From assembly GCF_011745625.1 (NCBI RefSeq), contig NW_027191500.1, positions 1 through 64,000 of the forward strand: DNA of 64,000 bases. Direction: 5' to 3'. Made by a program: the position numbers and the translations under genes. This DNA comes from Cladosporium halotolerans (Eukaryota). This document shows, piece by piece, positions 36,386 to 46,291 of the stretch. The notes under the pieces were generated by a model. The model searched no databases. It was not told the DNA's origin and was given only the letters and a program-made list of their open reading frames with translations. Within the stretch, counting starts at the first letter, position 1, and the number at the start of each line of letters is the position of its first letter.

Positions 36386-37939
36386 TCACTGATTGCTGCA
36401 ACCCTTGCAGAACCACGCAACATCCTCAGATGGCTCTTCAGTCACACCCGCGCAGTGAAAATGGAACCATTGCCTCTCGCAATCAGGCCCATCACAGCCA
36501 ATCATTGGCCCAGCGCTAGGCGAGTCGCAGTAGCAATATCTCTGCGCGCCCTGGTTATCATGTCTTGACTTACGCCTCTTCTGCGGCGTAGGCTCGACTA
36601 CAGGTTCACTTGAGTTTTCGACCGGCGGCGTTGATTGCTTCATGCTGCCGTCGCTTTGTTCCGTGGTGATCTTCTGCTTTTTGGACGTCCGGTTTTTCGA
36701 GTGTTGTAATGTTTCTTCGTCCTGGGAAGGCTCTTGTTGACTGATCTTACGCTTTTCCCCACGAGGTTTCTCCTCGTCGGTCTGCTTTTGAGATTGCCGC
36801 TTCTCAGCCTCTTCGCTCGCGCCCTCCACGTTCGCAATCGGGTCATGTAACGCATTGACAATACGCTCAGTCCCCATCTCGTCGCCTTCGATCGTCTCCT
36901 TGATTTCGGGATCGACCCAGCCTTCCGTCCAAGATCCGCCAAAATCAATAATCCAGAGCTTATTGGAAGAGTCGACCAGGAAGTTGTCCGCCTTTGCGTC
37001 GCCCCAGACAATTTTGCGCTCGTGCAGGGCATCCCTCATCCTTTCGACCCCCGCTGCCCAGGCGTCGCGCTGTTCCTGCGGTATTTCTGCGTCGAGCTTG
37101 TGTGTTAGGGGTGTTGGATCGGAAATCTCCTGTTGCAGGAATCCAATGGCGTGCGTTTTCGAGTTTCCTGGAGAGACCAGCCCTTCGAGCCGAGGCGCGC
37201 AAACATCCTCCGCAAGATCCGGCTGCGCAACTCTATTCAAATGCCACAATTCTCGCTTCGTCGTCTGCGGCGCCGCAGCATCTACCATCTTGAAGAAATA
37301 CTCTTTCCCCGTCCGATCACAGCGAACAAGCGTAGGATGATAAGGCGGCGGCGCCGCGCCACCAGCCAACACCGTCAGCTCGCCCTGATCAAACCACGGC
37401 AAACCCATCTCTCTTATGTATTTAGGCAGGGTAATCTCAGGCCTCAGTTTCGCCATCCTGCGCTTCAGCTCCGATGACGCTTCGAGCTCGACGGCGGCCA
37501 GCTCATCGTCGTCTGAGATTTCTAGTGAGAAGAACTGTGTCGGCGCGTCGAACCATTGCTGCAGACTCGGCTGCTTGTGCTTTCCGGCAACATCTCGCCG
37601 AACAGGCTGCAGCAGCCAACGCTGCAGCGCCTCCTCCGCATCTTCGATCGAATCCGCCTTCTCGCTCGGCTTGTCTTCCGCGCCTTCCTCGACGGCGCTG
37701 TCGTGTGCGCTTGGAGATTTGTTGTCTCCGTCGCTGATCTTTCGGAATGCGGAGACTAATCGTGCGTAGTCGCTATGTGTTTTGCTGTCATTGGATTTGC
37801 GCGATTCCTGAAACTTGCTCGCGTCGGCGATGACGTGCATGCGATGGTTGTCTTCGGTGTAGACGGTCAGGGCGCAGCTGTCGTTGTCGTCGACTAGGAA
37901 GTCGAGGACGTGGTGGGGTGATGAGGGATTGGGAGACAT
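36386..37939 (-). CDS. Protein kinase-like domain fused to a C-terminal ING-type PHD finger
   Basis: YFFK, KRE, WGDAKADN catalytic loop, DFG. Ends YCYC...MIGCDGPDCERQWFHFHCAG..WFCKGC (C4HC3). Basic NLS-like linker. Confidence 0.85.
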   Translation of the reverse strand: MSPNPSSPHHVLDFLVDDNDSCALTVYTEDNHRMHVIADASKFQESRKSNDSKTHSDYARLVSAFRKISDGDNKSPSAHDSAVEEGAEDKPSEKADSIEDAEEALQRWLLQPVRRDVAGKHKQPSLQQWFDAPTQFFSLEISDDDELAAVELEASSELKRRMAKLRPEITLPKYIREMGLPWFDQGELTVLAGGAAPPPYHPTLVRCDRTGKEYFFKMVDAAAPQTTKRELWHLNRVAQPDLAEDVCAPRLEGLVSPGNSKTHAIGFLQQEISDPTPLTHKLDAEIPQEQRDAWAAGVERMRDALHERKIVWGDAKADNFLVDSSNKLWIIDFGGSWTEGWVDPEIKETIEGDEMGTERIVNALHDPIANVEGASEEAEKRQSQKQTDEEKPRGEKRKISQQEPSQDEETLQHSKNRTSKKQKITTEQSDGSMKQSTPPVENSSEPVVEPTPQKRRKSRHDNQGAQRYCYCDSPSAGPMIGCDGPDCERQWFHFHCAGVTEEPSEDVAWFCKGCSNQ

Positions 37940-38765
37940 GGCGATGAGATGGTTCCGTGTACTACCGAGCCAAGCCAGATGAGACGAGAGAATACAGAAG
38001 AGATACAGGCAAGTAGATGGAAAGAAAGGCACGCACGCGACCTACCGCCTATGTACACAGAAACCCCATCGTCCCAATGGATCGAGGCCCGCCTCCGCGT
38101 CACCAAATTGCACTACAGACGGCAGCAAATGTGTCGTCATGACTTCTCTTCTCCCCTTTTTGCACAGACGCAGTGCAGTCAGATCGTGCGGGTGATTGAC
38201 AGGTACGATCTACGGTAGAGCGAAAAAGCGCGACGCGTGAGATCTTGGTGACGAACACGACCCGCGATCTGGGACGTCAGATCTAGTGCTTGCATGCGCT
38301 AGCGCCGATCTCGGAAGTCAGCCGGGGGCTTGGCGCGCGATTGGGGGCTGGGATCTGGACGTGTAGGTCACGTGGAACTCGGTGTGACACCCTCCGGAAT
38401 CACACGCCTCGGCTTCTGTGCATCTTGACTCTCGAACTAGGAAAGTGAGCCGTAGTCTGGAGGAGAATATCGAGAATCGTTACTCGTGTTGATCATCAGA
38501 TGTGGTCATGCAGTCCCAAACCGACCCGAAAACCTATTGTGGCCTCATGAATCGCTTGGCCATCCGGCGCAATAGCCCATCTTCCTTGACAGCGTATCCA
38601 TCCGATGTGTCCTCGCCCGCTCCTTCAACGTACCACCATGATAGATTCTGGGCTTTTGCGTCAGCAACAAACCTCATTGCTGCAACAATTAGCGAACATG
38701 GAATTTACCTTGCCAACAATGTCCACGCAGGTCGGCACCCCACCGAATCTCCTGGCTAGCGTTGT

Positions 38766-40723
38766 TCAGGCGCTGCCCTGGGCAGCGTCTCCCCCATAAA
38801 TGAGTATGGCGCGGATTGCCAATGCGAGGAGCTGCCCGGGTTGGCAGATCGGCTGATGACCGTCTTCCGGGAGTTCCTGCTCAATCGCTGCCAGCTTTCG
38901 GTTTGCGGCATCCAATTGCAGCTTCAGATTAAAGTTCTGCAGGTCTGAATTGGTAAAAGCCGTGAAGTTATTATAAACGCTGCGCTGGAGATCTTGCTTC
39001 TCACGCTCGAGGCTCTGGATTCTCGACACAGCTTGTTGGTAGTTGCGCTTCAATCTATTGTGGACTTCTGCGCGAGCTTCGGGTGACCGGGAGCGGCGTG
39101 GTCTATCCAAGGACCGGTTCTCGCGAAAGCTTTGCCTGGCCCGAGTCGGATTTGGTGCAAGATCACTTGCAACAAGACCAGTTGGAAGAGGAACCTGTGC
39201 TTGGGTGTTGGCCTGCAGAGGTGGGTTTGTCGACGATCGTCCTGTCGCGTTCGCCGAGCTGAATATAAGCCCAGGCGAGCCATGAATAGGGACCCTGTTA
39301 TCCAGGAAATAGTCCCAATCGAATGAGTTGTCATGTGTGGGAATTTGCTGTTGTGGCGGCTCGGTCGATGGGACAGGGTTCGGGCGCTGTGCTACCAATG
39401 AACCGTCATGCCACAGAACTTGCTGTGGTACGGGGTCGCTCGACGGAACAGGGTTCAGATACTGTGCGACCGATGCATTGTCAGGTATGGGAATTTGCTG
39501 TGGTGCGAGCTCATTCGATGGAACAGGATCCGGTTGCTGTGCTACCAATGAATTGTCATGCCACAGTACTTGCTGTTGTGCGGGCTCGCTCGATGGAATA
39601 GGGCTCAGATACTGTGCGACCGATGCATTGTCAGGTAGGGGAATTTGCTGTGGTGCGAGCTCGTTCGCAGGAACAGCATCCGGGTGCTGTGCAAGCGATG
39701 AATTGTCGCATGCGGAAACTTGCTGTCGTGGAAGATCGGTCGATGGGAAAGTGTTCGGATGCTGTGGAAGCGATGAACTATCATACCTAGGACCTTCCTG
39801 TCGCGGGAGCTCGTTCGATAGGGCAGGGTTCGAATCGGGCGCCATCGAAAGACCGAAAGTCTGGGGGAAGAACACGCCCGGATTCGAGTACGGATTCAGG
39901 TGGCCAACGCTGACTGCTGTTATGTTCGAAGATGCAGATTGGGGGTCGCCGTGGTCTGGTGCGGAGGGTGCAGCTTCGGTGCCTAGCACGACTGTTTGGT
40001 TCGGCGGAGAGATCGGCTGTTCGCTTGCTGCTGATGAAGGCGCAGAGGCTGTTGCGGTAGCCGGAAGATGGTCTGAACAGGAGTCAGAACGCTCTCATAT
40101 AGACATGGAGATCACTTACATGGAGGAGGGACCATCGAAGTCCCAGGGAACAAGCAGCGGTACCCTTCCTCCCAGGCTTTTTCCTCGTTATCGAAGTTTC
40201 TCGTTTTGATAGCGAAAAATATTTCCATGTTTTCGGTTGTAGCGACACCACCCGGGCCATTGAGTGGATGCCTCGGTATCAAATTGGTGGATGCGAAACA
40301 TGCGAGCCCATCTGCCAACGAATTTTTATGTTGACGGTACTCTCTGTAATTCTCGAGGTGGTGGCCTTTGGTGCACCACAATCCATGTTTACCTACATGC
40401 TCCCTACAAAAGTACATTACTCGAAAACCTAGTGCATCGACGAAGTAAATGGTCACTTACTTGACTTTGTACCAGCTATCAAAACTCGATGTTGTGTCGC
40501 ACTGCTCTGGTTTGTTTGCACGCAGCGGGCAAGTCAGTCGGCTTCGTGTCGCTGTCTGGGCCGTCGGAAGCACAGTAGCACTTTGAGGGAGATTAGGCAC
40601 AGTAGCATCGATTTGTGAGGCAATGTCGCTAGCTGGAGGAACTTGAGGGGCGAGCCGGGACATTGAAGAAGATCGGAGTGGCAGCTGACCCCAGTTTCCG
40701 AGCCCGCTATTCTCGTTGTTCAT
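38766..40723 (-). CDS. Hypothetical Zn-finger-like protein with tandem 20-aa repeats and a coiled coil; 3 exons
   Basis: Exons 40461-40723, 40120-40403 and 38766-40072 (GTAAGT..AG introns) give CPLRANKPEQC..KVKEHVGKH, W...Y..LFP...PPPY, the repeats, then a basic region plus coiled coil. Confidence 0.75.
39320..39830 (-). repeat. Coding minisatellite: ~60-bp unit, ~8 copies, with 120-bp higher-order duplication
   Basis: Recurring P.PVPS.E..PQQ....DN.S.AQ units. The strings agatactgtgcgaccgatgcattgtcagg and gctgtgctaccaatgaa each recur 120-150 bp apart. Confidence 0.85.
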
Positions 40724-41611
40724 CGTCGATAAAGAACCTGCGCTCCGAAGAGGCCCTAAGCGACGCCTCGCGCGGTATCGCTCGTTAGCAGATTTTGTAA
40801 GTGAAGTGTGAGAGATGCGAAGAAAGGGAAATGGTCAGAAACGGATGCTGCCTTCTTCCCTGAGCGATCGTTGTCCAAGTGGCAGCCGGTTGTGGATTAA
40901 GAAGACGAAAGACTGCAAGGCTGAGATGAGCTGAAAAGCGCTGTCCGTTGCATCGACACTGTGACGAGGCTGCGACAAGGCTGCCGCTGCCAATCAGCCA
41001 CGATACGACACGAGTCTGACATGCATGCATGAACTTCGAAATGGGTGCTTAAATTCGTGATCAGGCCATGACCTGAGAAGTCTTCGGGCGTCGTGGCTCC
41101 CGCATGTCCACTGCGTCCTCGCCTAACCGCTATGCAATCCTAGACGTTCGTACTTGGGAGCACTTAATCTTGCGACTATTAACCAATTAAGGCTTTAGCG
41201 AGGTGGAGATACGCATGGAGTGCTTTGATGACACTTCTCAGGGTCTCCAGCTGAGTGTCGATCTGGGTCGTGAATTCGCCTGCGCGAAAGCACTTAGCAA
41301 GGCCAGATGATGCGGAAGCTCTCAAACGCACTGGCGGCTCCCTTCCCTCTGGCTTACCTTGATCGGGTCTTTGCGAAGTGAAATTGCCCCATCATCTTCT
41401 CCTTTGTCATGCCTCGGTATGGGAAATCGGAATAGTCACAAAACTGTAGAAGAATCCAGGTGCAACGGCGAGCCACACAGCTAGCGTGATCTTGAGATAT
41501 ATCGAAACCTCTAACGCAAAGAACTGCATGTCGTTGATAGCAAAAGGAAGTGCATCTTATTGAAGGAGGGATTGTCTGTGGGGCACTAGAAGTAGATACC
41601 GAGTACAGAAT

Positions 41612-44113
41612 TCATCGGTACAAATAGTTCTTCTCGAACTTGTTGCCATAGTAATCCAATTCCTCCCCATCTCGGAATCCACGAGACGGTCTCACGACCT
41701 GTATAGCTCCGTCCCAAAAGCCCTCTGTTTCGGGCTCAGATACTCCACAGGCTAGACTGCGCTGATTTGCAAGTTTCCGCTCTTTCCTGAACGCAGACAA
41801 GAGTGCAATGTTGTCTATTTTTGGCGGCTCAGGTGACTTGGACTGCGGACGAGGCGATGCTGCGCTCCAGCCGTTGTCGACCGTGACTTCTTTCTCTGCG
41901 GAGCCCGCGACACCGGCGAATCTGCCAGTCTCAATGCTGGGGAAAGCACACTCGTCTTCTTCACCAAAGAAGCTAAAGTCGGTCTCCGCGGCAGACCATA
42001 GGGCTTCGCTGTCACGGTCCTCCGTCATGGACTTCGTGGATAGATGCTGCCATGGACTTGCCTGTCCAAACGAGTCTTTTGCATGCTCTGGTGCCATTTC
42101 GATAACAATCTTCTTCAGTGCAAATATCTTGTTGGCAGAGTGCCGCAACGCTGTTGCTTGGCCCTTGCGTCCTGGAGGAAGACTATAATCGAGGGTTGCT
42201 TGGGCTTGTGCCAGATGAGCTTCATGTGCGCAGTTCTTTACGAAGCAGATCAAACGGTTTGCGGTTGCTTCATCGGTCGAAAAAGGAGGGAAGTTGGTGA
42301 TGATCAGAGTCCGCAGTCGTGGGAGCATGGCCGGGTGAAGATTGTGACTCTGAGACCGGTGCTCATTGAGGCGAGCTTTGCGCTCGGTCACAACATTGGA
42401 CAGACTCCGCGGCCGCGAAGGTTGTTGTGGCGCAAAGACCGGGGTGGAAGGTTCGACTGGAGATACAGTACTCATGGTTCCGAATCCTGTTGCCGTGAGA
42501 GTGGCTTCACTGACTGGCGATTTTGGATCGAGCAGCTTCATGGTATTCGTCTCCGCGGCTAGGTTGTCAACGACCTCAGGAGCAAGTGCACTGCCTCTTC
42601 GCGGTTGTGCTTCATCAACATTATGCTCGGCAGGGGAGACGACGAACTGCATGGGGTCGGCTTCCAATTCATACCGAGGTGTCTGCTCGCCTGTGGGCAG
42701 CTCAAATGTTTCGGTCGCGACTCGATTGCCGCCAAGCTCAAAGATATTACTGTTCGGCATCTCAGGTAGTGCTGTATCGGCCAATTCTGTACGACCGGGT
42801 ACGACCTCATCAGAATACGTGTTAGGCACATCCTTTGTGAGCAGTCTATGATCCACCTTGAGATAAGTCAAGCCTTCCCTGGCATGGTCATGCAGCACTG
42901 GCGTAAGCTTTTCCGCGCCCGGCAACTGCCATTCATCATTATTGACTTCATCGCTCGGGACTGACAAGTGCCGCTCGATTGCGCCTGTGATACTTCCGAC
43001 ATCGAGCACGTGCAGTCGACCGGACCGTATCAGACCAGACGCGCCTTCCACGGTGACCTTGTTGTTGGAGATATACAGGTGCGTTATGCCGCCCTCCGGG
43101 GCATCTTCAATGGCAAGTCGGCTAACGAACGCTCCGGTAAATGCACCACGAATGAAGCCCTCAAACTCCTCGCTTTGATAAATATCCAGCATCTCAGCTC
43201 CGAGGTACGGGAGAAGGGACGGCGATCGCGCTCCTTGAGGGACATAGTCAACTCCATGACTCGATGATGGGTCTTGAGAGGTAAAGCATCCGTCCAGCAG
43301 CATGCGGACACCGCGATCGGTGATGTGATTGTCGCGAAGGTCGAGACTACGCACCCTTCGACCTATAGCCCACGCAAGGACCTCAATCTCTTCGTCGCGC
43401 AGACTGATCCCACGTAACTTCAGCACTTGGAGACCGGGGAACCGTCTAAATGATTCTAACACACTACGATCTCTCGCAGGATAGGTGTGCGACAAGTCCA
43501 GATACATCAGGGATTCGAAGCGTTTGAGCGCTTGAGCGAGTCCGCTGGACGTGACGTTTGGGCATCTTGAGGCATCCAGTAACCGCAACCCAAAGGAAGG
43601 TATGGCATTTGGAGGTGGCTGAAAAACGGATCCAGCCGATCCAGGAAGTTCCACCGCGAAGCTTTGCGGATGTACTGGAGCGTTGTTGGCTTCGGCAGGT
43701 TTCCACTGCCTCAGAGCGATTAGGGCCGCATGATCAAAGAAAGGCAAGCCTCTCACGATCAGAGATTGCAGATTAGGTAGTCTCGAAAGAATGTCTCGTA
43801 GCCAGTCCGAGTGCGGCCCGTTGTAGATCTCAGCATGTGCCGGTGGTAAATGCAAGGTATGCGTCTGCGATCTGACAAGGAGACGTGCGGTTTGGAGTGT
43901 GCGCTTGAACTTCGTGAGAGCAACGTAAACCCGGTCGTTCTCAATACCGAAGTGCGAGGCTGGGTTTCCCCAAAGGTGTGGCGAAAATGTTGTATGCCAC
44001 TTGCTGCATACCAAGGCCGCCGAGCATAGGTCACTCGAGGGAATATAGTTCGCGACCAAGTCGAGGTAGTCGACTAAGGTCGCCTTCTCGTACGACGGCG
44101 GCGCAGCTTCCAT
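41612..44113 (-). CDS. F-box / leucine-rich repeat protein
   Basis: N-terminal F-box-like LVANYIPSSDLCSAALVCSKW; LRR units (LPNLQSLIV, LQVLKLRGISL, VRSLDLRDNHIT, ITHLYISNN). Confidence 0.82.
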   Translation of the reverse strand: MEAAPPSYEKATLVDYLDLVANYIPSSDLCSAALVCSKWHTTFSPHLWGNPASHFGIENDRVYVALTKFKRTLQTARLLVRSQTHTLHLPPAHAEIYNGPHSDWLRDILSRLPNLQSLIVRGLPFFDHAALIALRQWKPAEANNAPVHPQSFAVELPGSAGSVFQPPPNAIPSFGLRLLDASRCPNVTSSGLAQALKRFESLMYLDLSHTYPARDRSVLESFRRFPGLQVLKLRGISLRDEEIEVLAWAIGRRVRSLDLRDNHITDRGVRMLLDGCFTSQDPSSSHGVDYVPQGARSPSLLPYLGAEMLDIYQSEEFEGFIRGAFTGAFVSRLAIEDAPEGGITHLYISNNKVTVEGASGLIRSGRLHVLDVGSITGAIERHLSVPSDEVNNDEWQLPGAEKLTPVLHDHAREGLTYLKVDHRLLTKDVPNTYSDEVVPGRTELADTALPEMPNSNIFELGGNRVATETFELPTGEQTPRYELEADPMQFVVSPAEHNVDEAQPRRGSALAPEVVDNLAAETNTMKLLDPKSPVSEATLTATGFGTMSTVSPVEPSTPVFAPQQPSRPRSLSNVVTERKARLNEHRSQSHNLHPAMLPRLRTLIITNFPPFSTDEATANRLICFVKNCAHEAHLAQAQATLDYSLPPGRKGQATALRHSANKIFALKKIVIEMAPEHAKDSFGQASPWQHLSTKSMTEDRDSEALWSAAETDFSFFGEEDECAFPSIETGRFAGVAGSAEKEVTVDNGWSAASPRPQSKSPEPPKIDNIALLSAFRKERKLANQRSLACGVSEPETEGFWDGAIQVVRPSRGFRDGEELDYYGNKFEKNYLYR

Positions 44114-44519
44114 CTGCACCGATCTGACATAGGTGTCGGTCGCCGAGTACAGTGAACGAACTTCGCTTTGACTAGGATGCAGGAATGCAAGTTGGTCCCG
44201 CTGGCGAATGAGTGATGTGCAGGAAGCGAGGACCGCATGACATGGCGAAGGATCACGCTAAGCGACGCTACCACCGTAGGCGTCTGCAACCCATCACACA
44301 GCCACCTTGAATCGGACTTCCTTCTGTAAGGATACTACCGTGGCGTCAACAGCTGAACACTGCTATTTTGGTGCCCACTGAAATGACAACAGAGCACGGG
44401 TATCGGTAACTATGGACAGCCCGCCCTCACAAGAACTGACCCAAGATCGTCTTCAGCTCATACTTGTGAATGCCCAACACCAGAACGCCTCTGCCCATAT
44501 TTATGATCATTATTGCGTC

Positions 44520-46028
44520 CTAGAACTCCATGCTCTCCGCACCGCCGTCGGCGTCCCTTGACCTCTTGCCTTTGCCCTCCTCTTTCAGTAGATTGGCAAC
44601 GTAGCCTCTGAAATACTCAACGTAAGGCTTCATTGCTGTCTTCTGCCAATCAGCCACCTTTGCTTTCTCTTCTTCGCTCATGTCGCGGTTTTTCGTGTGC
44701 CAGTCGTCAATTTGCTGCAACAGCTGAGTGACCGTCGGCACCGACAGGGGGTCGAAATCTTCAAGTTTCCGCACGTCGATCGGCACGCAGACTCGTCCTG
44801 TACCAGGGTGAACGACGAACGGCGACTTCAGCAAATGATTCTGCTTCTTCGAGACTTCAGCATCAAGTCGTGGGTATGTGTACTCGATGCGAATGTCTTG
44901 TTTCACGTCCACGAGCTGCCTGGGATTGATTGATTTGAGATTGCCAGCCTCAGCCACAGAATCGATGTCCGCCCATTTCTGTGTGCTCGTACGGTTCGGG
45001 GCAGAGTCCCACTTCTTCTGCAGGGCAGCCACGAGAGTCGGATCAGGGAGGAGATCAAGGAGCTTCTGGGTCTGCTCAGCGGTTTGCCAGGGGTCCTGAT
45101 CTTCGAGGACATCCGTTTGGAAGTGTGGGTTGAGCAGTTTCAGACTTCGCTCGAAATGAGGGTGAAGCGGTCTTCGGATGCCCATTCTCTTGCCGTGCTC
45201 ATTGCCTGTCACCACCACCAAATATCCGGCAATCGATCTCCTTTTTGCATCGTCCATCTCTCTCGCTCGTTTGTCGCTGACCCAGGCGTGAGCACCACGT
45301 CGTCCCGAGTAGACCCACAGGATGTGCTGGAAACCGAAGTCGTCCCTCAAAGCTGCATCTACCACCTTGATAGCCATGTTGATAAATTGCCAGCACTTGT
45401 GGCAGATAGCAGCTCCGGAGCAGCACGTTCGGATAGGGTCATAATCCGTCATATCGATATCAAACACTAGCTCTTTCATGATGGGTCGAAAGCTCCCTGC
45501 CTTGAGGACTGTTTTACGATCGCGTGGGTTGATGCTGTATTGGGGACCGATTTCGAAACGCTCGGGAACTAGCGACACGCAGGCTTTTCGGAGCAGGTCG
45601 GCTGTTGCGAATGACTGGTAGCGGACATAGCGGTCGCCGGACAGTGTAAAAGCGAACTCGCGGTGTTGAAAGTCGGGTTGAGGTGTGGCTGAGTGGTTGA
45701 GCCATTGAAAGAGTGGACGGAAGGGCAGCAATCGCTGGTAGAATTGTGAGAGAATGTTGCTGTCGGAGTAGGCAGCCTTCTGCGAGGCTGGCTCAGGTTG
45801 AGAGCTCTGATCCGAGCGAATAGCAGCACTCGAAGAAAACTCATCTTCGTCATCGTCGTCGTCGAACATTTCCTCGAGATTCGCGGTTGCCGGTTTGGCG
45901 ACGGCGTCCGGCATCGAGGAGTCGGGCTGTGAGTTGTCTGCGGCATCCAGTGCTTGCGCCGGTGCATTGGACATGACACTGTCCTCTGGATCCATATTCT
46001 CAGATGGCGAAGAGACTGCGTGAGGCAT
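44520..46028 (-). CDS. PRI1: DNA primase small (catalytic) subunit
   Basis: REFAFTL, KELVFDIDMTDYD, WVYSGRRGAHAW, YPRLD, HLLKSPFVVHPGTG. Confidence 0.96.
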   Translation of the reverse strand: MPHAVSSPSENMDPEDSVMSNAPAQALDAADNSQPDSSMPDAVAKPATANLEEMFDDDDDEDEFSSSAAIRSDQSSQPEPASQKAAYSDSNILSQFYQRLLPFRPLFQWLNHSATPQPDFQHREFAFTLSGDRYVRYQSFATADLLRKACVSLVPERFEIGPQYSINPRDRKTVLKAGSFRPIMKELVFDIDMTDYDPIRTCCSGAAICHKCWQFINMAIKVVDAALRDDFGFQHILWVYSGRRGAHAWVSDKRAREMDDAKRRSIAGYLVVVTGNEHGKRMGIRRPLHPHFERSLKLLNPHFQTDVLEDQDPWQTAEQTQKLLDLLPDPTLVAALQKKWDSAPNRTSTQKWADIDSVAEAGNLKSINPRQLVDVKQDIRIEYTYPRLDAEVSKKQNHLLKSPFVVHPGTGRVCVPIDVRKLEDFDPLSVPTVTQLLQQIDDWHTKNRDMSEEEKAKVADWQKTAMKPYVEYFRGYVANLLKEEGKGKRSRDADGGAESMEF

Positions 46029-46094
46029 CTTGATGTGTGTACTGTAGTGCGGCGGGAAAGCCGGTGGTCAACAAAGATGTGTTTCTCTACCACC

Positions 46095-46150
46095 ACGCGC
46101 GCAGGCTGGAGACGCGACGGCCACTTTACGCGCGCGCCCGCGTTTCCGCG
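46095..46150. promoter_or_regulatory. Cluster of MCB-like CGCG elements in the PRI1/DUF1917 divergent promoter
   Basis: ACGCG at ~46095, ~46112 and ~46128, plus CGCGT and CCGCG, within ~55 bp. Primase is a classic MBF target in yeasts. Confidence 0.5.
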
Positions 46151-46291
46151 CTAGCCGAGAAGGGCGCTGATCGACACGCCGCGATGCTCCCCACTCTCAG
46201 ACACAGTTACTACCTACGTGCCTACACTGTTGACGGGAACTCTTTTCATCACTGAATCTCCCGCAATCCAGCCGCAGAATGATTCCTAGCC

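Noticed and set aside
39320..39830. Periodic repeat as a possible CRISPR array
   Set aside because: Contiguous in-frame degenerate units without unique spacers, in a eukaryotic gene.
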